The notes: generated from the sequence alone by a model not told the origin. Shown: positions 19,804-29,606, numbered from the stretch's first letter. The stretch is DNA of 64,000 nucleotides from an uncultured Candidatus Saccharibacteria bacterium (GCA_964644035.1 CAZXUH010000002.1:756-64755), one strand, 5' to 3'. Numbers and translations are program-made.

Positions 19804-21642
19804 ATGTCATTACTAGGAGGACTTTTCGGCAAAAAAGAAGAAGCAACACCGGCAAATACATCTATTCTGCCTCAACAGATTTATGAAGCTGGAGTACTCG
19901 AGCTCAAGGATATTATTGCTCCCTCTGCACTTAAAATAGGCCCTAGAAGCCTCTCTCTGGGAGACAAGATTCTTCGATCATTCTTTGTTATTTCATATCC
20001 TCGCTATCTTACAGAGAGCTGGTTTTCTCCTATCATCAACCTCGACAAGGTATTTGATGTTTCAATATTCATTCATCCAGTAGATACTGCAAGAGCACTC
20101 AAGCAATTTCAGAAAAAAGTAGCTGAAGTGCTTAGTCAGATCAGTGCTCGTGAAGAAAAAGGCTTGGTACGCGATCCTAAACTCGATACAGCCTATCAAG
20201 ACCTCGAATCATTGAGAGACAATCTCATGCAAGCTCAGGAAAAACTCTTTGATGTTGGTCTTTATATAACACTCTACGGAGAAAGCGAAGAAGAACTCGA
20301 TAAAATCGAATCTGAAATCAAATCCATCCTCGAAGCAAAGCTTATTTATATAAAACCTTCTCTTTTCCAACAAGAACAAGGCTTCAGAAGCACGTTGCCA
20401 ATCCAAGACGACCAATTGGCCGTGCATTCCAAACTCAATTCTTCACCTCTTTCTAGTCTTTTTCCTTTCGTCTCATTTGACCTGACATCCGATAGGGGAA
20501 TTCTCTACGGCATCAATAGACACAATTCAAGTTTGGTGCTTTTCGATCGCTTCTCACTCGAAAACTACAACTCTCTTATCTTTGCAAAATCCGGTTCTGG
20601 TAAATCATATACAACCAAACTCGAAATCCTACGCTCACTCATGTTTGATACTGACGTTATTGTTATTGACCCAGAAAGAGAATACGAGTACATGGCTCAA
20701 GCAACAGGTGGAAGATATTTCAATATCTCTCTCAATTCAGACAACCATATCAATCCTTTCGATTTGCCTGTGCCCAATGAAGATGAGACTCCAGCAAGCG
20801 TCTTACGTTCTCAAATCATCAACCTTGTCGGACTATTTCGTATCATGATGGGAGGTATTACACCCGAAGAAGATGCAATTATTGACCGAGCCATCACTGA
20901 AACATATGCTCTCAAAGATATTACTCCTGAATCTGATTTTTCATCGATCGAAGCACCTCTTCTTTCTGACTTTGAACTTGTCCTTGCTGGTATGGAAGGA
21001 GGGGAATCACTTGCACAACGCCTTACAAAATACACTCGTGGTACATGGGCAGGATTTATAAACAGACCATCGAACGTTGATATCAATAAAAAGTTTGTCG
21101 TCTTTTCTCTCCGAGATATGGAAGACGAACTCAAGCCTGTCGGTATGTATATCGTCATGCATTATATTTGGAATGCAATCAGGAGAAATCTCAAGAAGCG
21201 CTTGCTTGTAATCGACGAAGCGTGGTGGATGATGAAGTCCGAAGATACGGCCTCATTCCTACTCTCTTTGGCAAAACGTGGACGCAAATACTATCTCGGT
21301 CTTGCAACAATTACCCAAGACGTCGACGACTTTATGCGTTCTCCATATGGTCAACCGATCATCACCAACTCTTCGATTCAGCTTCTCTTGAAGCAATCAC
21401 CATCTTCTATCGACAGACTGCAGCAAGTATTCAATCTTACTGACGAAGAAAAATATCTATTGCTCGAATCAGGAGTAGGAGAAGGTATATTCTTTGCTGG
21501 TCTCAAGCACGTGGCTATAAAAGTTATTGCATCATATACAGAAGATCAGATTATCACTTCTGATCCATCGCAGATTCTCGCTATCAAGGAAGCCAGAAGG
21601 GAACTTGAACAAGCTGGCGGCGAGACACCTGCGCAACAATGA
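19804..21642 (+). CDS. virB4: VirB4/TrbE/CagE-family T4SS ATPase (central and C-terminal parts)
   Basis: CagE_TrbE_VirB-like middle region, Walker A FAKSGSGKSY, Walker B LLVIDEAWWMM, and a C-terminal ...LATITQDVDDF... region. The start is taken at MSLLGG, the first ATG after the upstream stop. Confidence 0.85.
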   Translation: MSLLGGLFGKKEEATPANTSILPQQIYEAGVLELKDIIAPSALKIGPRSLSLGDKILRSFFVISYPRYLTESWFSPIINLDKVFDVSIFIHPVDTARALKQFQKKVAEVLSQISAREEKGLVRDPKLDTAYQDLESLRDNLMQAQEKLFDVGLYITLYGESEEELDKIESEIKSILEAKLIYIKPSLFQQEQGFRSTLPIQDDQLAVHSKLNSSPLSSLFPFVSFDLTSDRGILYGINRHNSSLVLFDRFSLENYNSLIFAKSGSGKSYTTKLEILRSLMFDTDVIVIDPEREYEYMAQATGGRYFNISLNSDNHINPFDLPVPNEDETPASVLRSQIINLVGLFRIMMGGITPEEDAIIDRAITETYALKDITPESDFSSIEAPLLSDFELVLAGMEGGESLAQRLTKYTRGTWAGFINRPSNVDINKKFVVFSLRDMEDELKPVGMYIVMHYIWNAIRRNLKKRLLVIDEAWWMMKSEDTASFLLSLAKRGRKYYLGLATITQDVDDFMRSPYGQPIITNSSIQLLLKQSPSSIDRLQQVFNLTDEEKYLLLESGVGEGIFFAGLKHVAIKVIASYTEDQIITSDPSQILAIKEARRELEQAGGETPAQQ

Positions 21643-22343
21643 AGCGTCATGCAAAAAAAATAGGAATATTTACTTGTATAGCCCTAATAATTGCTGCTGG
21701 ATTTTTTGACCTTATACAATTTTTACTCGATCTTGTGGTGGCAGGTTTGATTGCGGATACTATTTTAGCCTTACTGTTCTTTATACCTCTCAATTTATGG
21801 CTTTTACTGACAGGTAGACTCAATGGAAAAGTGGCTGCCAATTCATTGATAGCTTTTATTATAGGTCTCATACCAGTCATAAACGCTCTTCCAGAGTGTT
21901 TGTATGCAGTGGTAATGATTATTATTTTTAATAATCTAAAAGAAATCCTTCAGGTTGTAACAAAGATGGCTCCGTATATGAAAACTGCAGCAAAATTTGT
22001 TCCACCCTTGCAAGCCCCAGTAAAAACAATCGAGGTTGTACAGAAAATAGACAAAGCAACAGGAGGAAATATAGCTAAGAAGATAGCAAAAGAAACTCAA
22101 ACAGGCGACCAGACGCTCGATTTTAAGTCATTTGATGGCTCAACACAGGCTCAAAACTATACAAATGGCGTTGCAAACCAAGTTCTTGTCATAAAAAAGA
22201 AGGGTGGTTTGACTGAAAATACCCTTGATCTGCAAAATAAAATGCAGTCTGCAGCTGACAGACCAAGTGGAAATCTTCCCCAAATTTCAAATAGGAAAGG
22301 TGTTACAATAGAGGGTGCAAATGAAAAAAGGCCTATTGCATAA
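21639..22343 (+). CDS. hypothetical T4SS-associated membrane protein
   Basis: 234 aa. Three or four N-terminal TM helices and a hydrophilic C-terminus. The start ATGA overlaps the VirB4 stop, indicating translational coupling. Confidence 0.45.
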   Translation: MKRHAKKIGIFTCIALIIAAGFFDLIQFLLDLVVAGLIADTILALLFFIPLNLWLLLTGRLNGKVAANSLIAFIIGLIPVINALPECLYAVVMIIIFNNLKEILQVVTKMAPYMKTAAKFVPPLQAPVKTIEVVQKIDKATGGNIAKKIAKETQTGDQTLDFKSFDGSTQAQNYTNGVANQVLVIKKKGGLTENTLDLQNKMQSAADRPSGNLPQISNRKGVTIEGANEKRPIA

Positions 22344-23313
22344 CATCGCTATTTTCACCACTCTCTTGATAGCGGTTTTTGTCTGTGGCATAACTTCTAC
22401 TCATGCAGAAGTGACCAATCCTTCTGACGTAACATCTATTATCTCCACTGTCAGCCCTGAGTATCCGAAAGCGTTTGATGAAGTTACTATTTCTATCAAG
22501 AGTTATGCTATGGACCTACAACGATCACTTATACGTTGGTATGTCGATGGAAAACTACTGTCAGAAAAGACTGCACTGACACAACTATCAGTACAAGCAG
22601 GGAATTATGGCACCACAAAGACAGTAAAAATACAGGTTATTGCTGCCGATGGTAGAGTAGCTGAAAAATCAATCTTTATAACACCTTCGGATTTGAGCCT
22701 TGTATGGCAAGCTGATACGTATACCCCTCCTTTTTATAAAGGAAAGCGTCTCTATAGCGCTAGCTCAGACATACTCATGATGGCAATACCAAGTGGTAAG
22801 TACGATTCAGATAAAATTATCTTTACATGGAAACAAGATGCCGACGTCATACCAAATAGTGGGGGGCTTGGAAAAAACACTATTACTATTCCAGGAACAC
22901 TTGTCACCAGAGAGAAAATGATCATTGTAGAAGCAATTTCTGTCGATGGTACCTATCATGCACGTCAGATAGTTACTCTGTCTCCAATTTTTACAAAAGT
23001 ATTGATGTACGAAAACAATCCACTGTTTGGAGTATGGTATGAAAACGCTTTGGTAAAAAACCAAACTATCGCATCAGCAGAATTCAAAGTGGCAGCATAT
23101 CCATTCTTTTTCTCTACAAAAAGCAGATTTTTGGATGATGTTCAGTATCTCTGGAGCGTAAACGGTGCAGGAGCAACGACAGCCTCTGGTAAAAGTTCTA
23201 TAACTCTCCAAAGGGATCAGAGTATTTCCAAAGCAGGTCTAGGTGTTGAGGCTCGGCATAAAAGCAAAATACTGCAAGATGCAAAAACATCAGTAAATCT
23301 AAACTTTAAATAA
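22315..23313 (+). CDS. secreted protein with internal ~100-aa beta-rich repeats
   Basis: Signal peptide (IAIFTTLLIAVFVCGITSTHA) and repeated Ig-like modules (...IRWYVDGKLL..., ...IIFTWKQDADV..., ...VQYLWSVNGAG...). Confidence 0.45.
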   Translation: MQMKKGLLHNIAIFTTLLIAVFVCGITSTHAEVTNPSDVTSIISTVSPEYPKAFDEVTISIKSYAMDLQRSLIRWYVDGKLLSEKTALTQLSVQAGNYGTTKTVKIQVIAADGRVAEKSIFITPSDLSLVWQADTYTPPFYKGKRLYSASSDILMMAIPSGKYDSDKIIFTWKQDADVIPNSGGLGKNTITIPGTLVTREKMIIVEAISVDGTYHARQIVTLSPIFTKVLMYENNPLFGVWYENALVKNQTIASAEFKVAAYPFFFSTKSRFLDDVQYLWSVNGAGATTASGKSSITLQRDQSISKAGLGVEARHKSKILQDAKTSVNLNFK

Positions 23314-23314
23314 T

Positions 23315-24244
23315 ATGACCCAAACTATTTCAACTTTGTATTTTAAAAAAATAATTTCACTACTAGTCTTTTTAACAGCTATTATCGCTGGTTTTTCTTT
23401 TTTAACTTCACTGACGCATGCTGTAGAGATAGACACCAGTTACGATCCACTTGTTAAGATTGAAGGTGTCACCGATGCCCAAACAACCGATGCAGATATT
23501 GGTTCTTATGTATCAGGTGCATATAAATGGACGATTTCGCTCGCAATTGCCTTGGCGGTGATCATGTTTACCTTCTACGCTTTTCAATACCTACTTTCCG
23601 AATCTACTATTACGAGCAAAGCTCATGCAAAAGAGGGGATGAAGAATGTTATTATCGGTCTTTTACTTATTTTTGCAGCATATCTCGTACTCCAGACAAT
23701 CAACCCTCAACTTGTAGCATTCAATTTAACCTTAGATTTGCCCGAAGCTACTTCGGTTTCAGAATCAGATAATGGTTGTGCTGGAGCAGATATAAAACCA
23801 ACTGGTGTAGGAGTTTATTACATTACAAATATAGAATGCCGAAAAGCTATTCCAGGCAGTGATCAGTTCGTTACTACTCAAGCAACGCGTTACAACGTGT
23901 ACAGTGGCTCTATTAATAGATGCCAGCAAGATGTGAGGGATGGGAATCTAGGTAACAATGTTGTCGGATGTGTAATATACAGCTCCAATTGGATTATTCG
24001 CCAAAGAATACAACTAACTGCCTCTCAAGAAGGTGGTGCTGACTACTCTGAATCCACATACTATCCTTCTGATCTAAGTAAGGGCTGGAGTACGGAGGGA
24101 GAGTGCCAAGCTCAAATTCCAAACTACGGTAAAACCGATATACCTGCATACTGTGCTGAAGAAAGAGCGGGGGAATGGGAATTTTTTGGTTGCTCTGTTA
24201 TAAAAGAATGTCATCGATACGACGGTAATATCACTACTGAATAA
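23315..24244 (+). CDS. VirB2/TrbC-like pilin-topology protein fused to a Cys-rich C-terminal domain
   Basis: Signal peptide, a ~40-aa spacer, then two TM helices (ISLAIALAVIMFTFYAFQYL / VIIGLLLIFAAYLVLQTI) as in T4SS pilins. The C-terminal ~170 aa carry 9 Cys. Confidence 0.45.
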   Translation: MTQTISTLYFKKIISLLVFLTAIIAGFSFLTSLTHAVEIDTSYDPLVKIEGVTDAQTTDADIGSYVSGAYKWTISLAIALAVIMFTFYAFQYLLSESTITSKAHAKEGMKNVIIGLLLIFAAYLVLQTINPQLVAFNLTLDLPEATSVSESDNGCAGADIKPTGVGVYYITNIECRKAIPGSDQFVTTQATRYNVYSGSINRCQQDVRDGNLGNNVVGCVIYSSNWIIRQRIQLTASQEGGADYSESTYYPSDLSKGWSTEGECQAQIPNYGKTDIPAYCAEERAGEWEFFGCSVIKECHRYDGNITTE

Positions 24245-24250
24245 ACAATT

Positions 24251-25555
24251 ATGCTATCAAAAAAAACACTTCTCCTATTTCTAGTTCTCGTCCTGCTTGC
24301 AGTCGGAGCAGCGTTTTATTTTGTATCAGTAAATAAGCAGGGTGGAACGGTTCTTAATAGCGTTAGAAACCTTCTTCCTTTTGGCAGCAACGATATTTCT
24401 TCTGGCAGCATAGGAACTCCCTCGGATAATATTCCGGGTGGAACAGAGGACGAACCTATTGTTGTTAATACAAATACCGATGCACCAGTACCGGTCTTTA
24501 GAAAAATTGCAGATGGACCAGTATCTGGCTTCACAGTATTTACTAGACAACGCACTGAAATTCGTGAAGGTAAGAAAGTAACGATTACTGAAACACCTAT
24601 TAGATACATTGAGCGAAAAAACGGCAATGTCTTTGAAACATTCTCAACATCGACACGAACAAATCGTCTTACCAACACTACCTATCCACGTATTCAGGAA
24701 GCATTCTTTACCAATACAGGAAATTCTCTTGTTATCAGAAGCCTTGGTGACACAGATGAAATAAAAACATATCTTGCTGATATTATTTTGCCAGAAACAA
24801 CTTCTACTTCTACGGTTTTTGATGAAGAATCACTTGGATCTCTCAAGGGCTTCTATATTAAGGACGATGTTTCTTTTGTAGACATTTCTCCTGATACCAA
24901 AACAATACTTCTTGCTACAGAAGACGTATCAGGTACCTCTATTCAGACTATAGATACAAAAGGTGGTGGTACAAAAAATATATTTAGCTCAAGACTAGGG
25001 GAATGGCTCGTACAGTGGTATAGCGCCGACACAATCGCCCTTACATCTAAACCTTCTTCTGGTGTTAATGGTCTCACCATGCTTCAGAATATTAGAAATA
25101 GCACATCTGAGAAACCAGTTACCAATGTCCCTGGCCTCACTTCTCTCGTCAATTCTAAGGGCGATAAAATTCTATTCTCACAAGCCCAGAACAAAGGCTT
25201 CGCACTTGGATATTATGATAAAAAAACCGGTCTAAAGACCCAAGCAGACAGACCAACCCTTCCAGAAAAATGCGTCTGGTCAAAGAAACAAACAAATATC
25301 GTATACTGTCTTGTGCCAAACATAGTCAACAGTGGAACATATCCGGATGATTGGTATCAGGGTACTATTAGTTTTACTGACAGCATCTGGAAACTAGACA
25401 CAACTTCAAATTCTATCTCTTCTCTCTATGATCCTGCAGATACGGACAACGCTGAAATAGACGGTATTAGACCAGCACTTTCTCCAAACGAAGATTATCT
25501 TATCTTTATGAATAAAAAAGACGGTTCACTCTGGTCACTCAAACTCGAAATCTAG
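24251..25555 (+). CDS. secreted/membrane-anchored protein with beta-propeller-like (TolB/PD40-like) C-terminal region
   Basis: N-terminal TM (LLLFLVLVLLAVGAAFYFV). C-terminal repeats such as ...KGDKILFSQ..., ...NIVYCL..., ...YLIFMNKKDGSLWSL... resemble PD40/WD-like blades. Confidence 0.4.
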   Translation: MLSKKTLLLFLVLVLLAVGAAFYFVSVNKQGGTVLNSVRNLLPFGSNDISSGSIGTPSDNIPGGTEDEPIVVNTNTDAPVPVFRKIADGPVSGFTVFTRQRTEIREGKKVTITETPIRYIERKNGNVFETFSTSTRTNRLTNTTYPRIQEAFFTNTGNSLVIRSLGDTDEIKTYLADIILPETTSTSTVFDEESLGSLKGFYIKDDVSFVDISPDTKTILLATEDVSGTSIQTIDTKGGGTKNIFSSRLGEWLVQWYSADTIALTSKPSSGVNGLTMLQNIRNSTSEKPVTNVPGLTSLVNSKGDKILFSQAQNKGFALGYYDKKTGLKTQADRPTLPEKCVWSKKQTNIVYCLVPNIVNSGTYPDDWYQGTISFTDSIWKLDTTSNSISSLYDPADTDNAEIDGIRPALSPNEDYLIFMNKKDGSLWSLKLEI

Positions 25556-26316
25556 TTCTTAACTGTATTCGATTCTACAATTACTACTGGTTCTGTAAGC
25601 TTTCGGCGATGGCGTCGTAGAAGAAGCTCTTGGAAGACCATAAAAATGTTGCTGGTGATGAAATAAAGAGCAATAAAGGCAGGTAGTCTGAATGAAATGA
25701 AGAAAATCATTATCGGAAGGATGTATTTGATCTGAACACTCATACTGCGAGCAATATCATCTTGGAAAGATGGTTTTACACCTGGCTTTTTTGGCTCTAC
25801 CGTCATCATTGGCTGGAACTGACCCTGAATAAACTGCGTAATAGCTGCTATAACAGCAGTTAGAATGCTTTTCTGAGTTATATCGAGCAAACCTAGGAAT
25901 GTTGTGCTGACGAACAATGTAGGATGAATAAATGGGTAGAGTAAACTTTCATTGATCTGAGTCAGTGTACCACTTGAGAAGATGTGGTAGAGAGAAATAA
26001 TAATAGGAAGCTGAATAAGAAGCACAAAGAAGCTAGAGAGAGGATTGATTTTATTAGCTTTGTAGAGTTTGAGTATTGCCTGACCCTGCTCCTTAACATC
26101 CTTTATCTCATTTTTGATCTTTTTGAGCTCTGGATCTACCTCTTTGAGCTTAATCTGTGTCAACAAAGCCTTCTTTTGGAGAGGATAGAGGGCAAACTTC
26201 ACAATAACTGTGAAAAGAACTACCGCCATACCTGCATCTATCCCTGGAATAGCCAAAATAAGAACAAAGGCATTGTAAAGCGGTATATAGAATATCTGTT
26301 TGATTATATTAAACAT
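25552..26316 (-). CDS. yidC: membrane protein insertase YidC/Oxa1 (short monoderm type)
   Basis: 254 aa. ...LYPLQKKALLTQIKLKEVDPELKKIKNEIKD...KINPLSSFFVLLIQLPIIISLY... is typical of YidC. Confidence 0.85.
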   Translation of the reverse strand: MFNIIKQIFYIPLYNAFVLILAIPGIDAGMAVVLFTVIVKFALYPLQKKALLTQIKLKEVDPELKKIKNEIKDVKEQGQAILKLYKANKINPLSSFFVLLIQLPIIISLYHIFSSGTLTQINESLLYPFIHPTLFVSTTFLGLLDITQKSILTAVIAAITQFIQGQFQPMMTVEPKKPGVKPSFQDDIARSMSVQIKYILPIMIFFISFRLPAFIALYFITSNIFMVFQELLLRRHRRKLTEPVVIVESNTVKN

Positions 26317-26318
26317 CG

Positions 26319-26666
26319 TTAGATTCTAGCTTTTTTAAGCAGAAAGTCTATTTCTTCCTTCAACTGAGCTAGTCTGACTGTAGAAATGGACTTTTGAATG
26401 AAAAACACAAAAGTATAGGGCTTAGTGAGATCCTTACCTAGTATATTTTTGATGATTGGATAGACTCTACGTCTTGACCGATTCCTCAAAACTGCTGTCT
26501 TCTCTATTTTTTTAGACACTACAACAGAAAATTTTGATTTTGGGAAAACAGCCTCGGAATTCCTTGTTATTTTTAGTGAGATATGATCAGAAGAAAAATG
26601 ATTACCTTTCTGAACTTGAAGGATTCGATGGGTGCGAGCATCAATACGATGACTCTTGGGGAACAT
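26319..26666 (-). CDS. rnpA: ribonuclease P protein component
   Basis: 115 aa, a basic protein lying between rpmH and yidC. MFPKSHRIDARTHRILQ... matches the RnpA family. Confidence 0.8.
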   Translation of the reverse strand: MFPKSHRIDARTHRILQVQKGNHFSSDHISLKITRNSEAVFPKSKFSVVVSKKIEKTAVLRNRSRRRVYPIIKNILGKDLTKPYTFVFFIQKSISTVRLAQLKEEIDFLLKKARI

Positions 26667-26696
26667 AGAGGATTATTTTGTCAAAAAAAAGACAGT

Positions 26697-26831
26697 TTAG
26701 ACGGCCAATCGAGCGCGTCCCTTCCTTCGACGGCGTGTAATAGTGTTGCGTCCGGTCTTGGTTGATTTTCTTTTTAGAAAACCATGAACCTTTTTGCGGC
26801 GACTTTTCTTTGGTTGAAATGTTTGAGACAT
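26697..26831 (-). CDS. rpmH: 50S ribosomal protein L34
   Basis: Not in the ORF track because it is only 44 aa. My manual translation of the minus strand gives [44 protein letters not shown], which is the canonical L34. Confidence 0.9.
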   Translation of the reverse strand: MSQTFQPKKSRRKKVHGFLKRKSTKTGRNTITRRRRKGRARLAV

Positions 26832-26939
26832 AAAACGAGGTCGAATTAAATATTAACAGGTTATGCACACATTATAAACATATAAATCAAAATTTAACAA
26901 GTTCTCTAATATCAATCCAGGTATATAATTCTTATCACT
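26832..26939. promoter_or_regulatory. rpmH-dnaA divergent intergenic region with DnaA-box-like 9-mer (part of the origin region)
   Basis: TTATGCACA at 26861-26869, one mismatch from TTATCCACA, in an AT-rich context. Confidence 0.4.
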
Positions 26940-28289
26940 ATGAATGATCAAGACTTGTGGAATGTTGCTTTAAAAGAACTAGAACCTATTGTTTCTAAAA
27001 GCAATCACGGTCTGTTTAAAAAAACATCGATCATGAAACTCGAGGATGGCACTGCTCATATTGCTGTACCAAGCCTCTTTGTAAAAGAAGTTTTATCGAC
27101 AAAATTCAATAAAAGCATTCTCAGGGCTCTACGTCTTCAGTCTGACACAATCAGAAATATCTCCTACACTATAAGCGAATTGAGTGCTCAGGATAAGAAA
27201 AAAGAGGTGGTAGTAATCAAAAAACAGGAAACTACGGCTCAACTACCGCTTAATGACTACTATGTAAATAAAGATGACAATCTAAATCCTCGTTATACCT
27301 TTGATTCTTTCATAATTGGCCCCTTCAACCAACTCGCCCACGCCGCTTCTCAGGCGGTCATACAAAAGCCGGGTACAGCATACAATCCGCTCTTTATATA
27401 TGGAGATACAGGTAGGGGAAAGACGCATTTGATCCAAGCAATAGGCAATCAAATGAAGCATTTGTATCCAAGTAAGAAAGTGTTCTACTTAACCTCAGAA
27501 AAATTCGCGACAGAATACTTTAACTCTTTGCAAAACGGAAAAATAAACCAGTTCAAACAAAAATACCGAGTGTACGATGTATTTATCATGGATGATATAC
27601 AATTTTTCTCAAATAAAGAGAAAAGTCAGGAAGAATTGTTCCATGTATTCAACGAACTCTACGACAACAACAAACAAATCATCTTTTCTTCAGATAAACA
27701 CCCACATTACATTCAAAATCTCGAAGAAAGGCTCAAATCTCGCTTCGGAGCAGGTATGATTGTCGATATTCCAGCTCCAGATCACGAATCGAGAGCTGCT
27801 ATTTTGAAAGCAAAAGCTCGACATCACAATATAGAACTCACTCACGACATAATTGATTTTATTGCTTCAACAGTTGAAGCAAATATTAGAGAACTCGAAG
27901 GAATTATCAATTCGATTATTATTCGAAGTCAAATAGAAGCCCGATCACTTTCTCTTTCTGATATAAAAACAATTATAAAAGGTCCGGCTCGACCTCGACG
28001 CAATGTTTCTGTAAAAGATGTCATTAAAACTATATCTCAGTTTTACGATGTAGAAGAGAAAAGTATATATGAGAAAACCCGAAAAAAGGAGGTGGTTAAG
28101 CCACGCCAGGTGATTATGTACATACTCAGAGAAGACTACGATGTATCATATCCATCGATAGGAGAGAAGCTTGGCGGTAGAGATCATACTACTGTTATTC
28201 ATTCATGTGAAAAGGTAAAAGGGGATATAAAAACCAATCCTGTATTTGCTGAGGAGATAGAAAGAATTCGTTCGATTATCTCATGTTGA
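26940..28289 (+). CDS. dnaA: chromosomal replication initiator protein DnaA
   Basis: AAA+ Walker A GDTGRGKTHL, sensor and box VII regions, and a C-terminal domain IV helix-turn-helix. 449 aa. Confidence 0.95.
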   Translation: MNDQDLWNVALKELEPIVSKSNHGLFKKTSIMKLEDGTAHIAVPSLFVKEVLSTKFNKSILRALRLQSDTIRNISYTISELSAQDKKKEVVVIKKQETTAQLPLNDYYVNKDDNLNPRYTFDSFIIGPFNQLAHAASQAVIQKPGTAYNPLFIYGDTGRGKTHLIQAIGNQMKHLYPSKKVFYLTSEKFATEYFNSLQNGKINQFKQKYRVYDVFIMDDIQFFSNKEKSQEELFHVFNELYDNNKQIIFSSDKHPHYIQNLEERLKSRFGAGMIVDIPAPDHESRAAILKAKARHHNIELTHDIIDFIASTVEANIRELEGIINSIIIRSQIEARSLSLSDIKTIIKGPARPRRNVSVKDVIKTISQFYDVEEKSIYEKTRKKEVVKPRQVIMYILREDYDVSYPSIGEKLGGRDHTTVIHSCEKVKGDIKTNPVFAEEIERIRSIISC

Positions 28290-28508
28290 TAAAACTGGGG
28301 AAAAAAATCGTACAACTTCTTAATAAACCCTTGATAAATACAGAAAAAATATTTTTAAAGAAAAATTAAAAAAATAATCCGATGTTTTCCACAGAAAATC
28401 AGAAAAATTTTTCAGAAAAAATCGTTACAGAGAAACAAATTAAAGGGTTATCAACATATCCCCAGGCCTAATAGTAATAATAAATAAATTCTTATATTAA
28501 TAATACAT
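28290..28508. promoter_or_regulatory. candidate oriC / DNA unwinding region between dnaA and dnaN
   Basis: A very AT-rich 219-nt spacer with DnaA-box-like TTTTCCACA (28385-28393) and TTATCAACA (28448-28456), plus long A/T runs. Confidence 0.5.
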
Positions 28509-29603
28509 ATGAAAATCGAATGCACTAGAGAGAGTTTGGTAGACGTGTTAAGTAAGGCTGAGAAAATAGCTGGTAAGAATCTCACTATGCCGATTTTGAG
28601 TTGTATTTTACTTGATGCAAGCACAGATCGATTGCTTATACGCGCCACAAATCTTGAGTTGGCACTCCAGGTCACGATTCCAGTTAAAATCGCTAATAAA
28701 GGTATTGTGGCCGTTCCAGCGCATACATTTAGCTCCTACATAAACACGTTGGATAAGGATAAGATAGTTACACTTGAGTTGATAGAACAAAATCTTAAGA
28801 TTTCTTCCGCTTCAAACACTACTCTTATTAAAACATTCAATCATGAAGATTTTCCAACTATCCCAGAAATAGAAAATCCTACTTCTTTTACTATAAAACC
28901 TTCTCTTTTCTCAGATGGTTTGAAGTCGGTTTCATATTCTTCGGCCCAAACAAGCATGAAACCAGAGCTTTCAAGTGTATATATTTATACTGAGGACGGG
29001 AATTTGGTTTTTGTTGCTACAGACTCATTTAGACTGGCTGAAAAGAAAATAAAGGCTAAGTTTAGCGACGAATGGAATACTCTTATTCCTGTAAAAAACA
29101 CCCCTGATATCATACGAATACTCGATACTATGGCCGAAGATGTGGAAGTAATGGTTACTAAACACCAAATTGTATTTAGGGGTAAGAATCTCTACCTCAC
29201 TTCTAGGGTGATAGAGGGATCTTTTCCTGATTATCGACAAATCATTCCAAAAGATTCAAAAACTGAAGTCACTATTCTTCGTCAGGATCTTCTTAAGGCT
29301 TTTAGAGTTGCAACTATCTTTTCTGATAAGTTTAATAAATTAAACATGAAGGCAATTCCATCTCAAAGTAGAATGGAAATCAAAACAAGTAATCAAGATG
29401 TTGGAGAAACACTTACCAATATCGAAGGTACAGTCACAGGAGAAGAAGTGGATGTAAATTTCAACTATCGGTATATTTCAGATTGCATGCAATCAATCGA
29501 AACGACAAGTATTGTATTCCAATTCAACGGTCTTGGAAAATTGGTGATTAAAGGAGTAGGGGATGCTATGTTTATGTATCTTGTAATGCCAATGAATCGA
29601 TAA
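28509..29603 (+). CDS. dnaN: DNA polymerase III beta sliding clamp
   Basis: 364 aa with a three-domain clamp pattern. It sits immediately downstream of dnaA. Confidence 0.9.
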   Translation: MKIECTRESLVDVLSKAEKIAGKNLTMPILSCILLDASTDRLLIRATNLELALQVTIPVKIANKGIVAVPAHTFSSYINTLDKDKIVTLELIEQNLKISSASNTTLIKTFNHEDFPTIPEIENPTSFTIKPSLFSDGLKSVSYSSAQTSMKPELSSVYIYTEDGNLVFVATDSFRLAEKKIKAKFSDEWNTLIPVKNTPDIIRILDTMAEDVEVMVTKHQIVFRGKNLYLTSRVIEGSFPDYRQIIPKDSKTEVTILRQDLLKAFRVATIFSDKFNKLNMKAIPSQSRMEIKTSNQDVGETLTNIEGTVTGEEVDVNFNYRYISDCMQSIETTSIVFQFNGLGKLVIKGVGDAMFMYLVMPMNR

Positions 29604-29606
29604 TAC

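Noticed and set aside
26940-28289. Possibility of an alternative genetic code (UGA=Gly as in some Patescibacteria).
   Set aside because: Well-conserved genes (dnaA, rpsO, rplS, dnaN) terminate at TGA, TAA or TAG at the expected positions. No in-frame TGA is needed to complete any recognisable protein.
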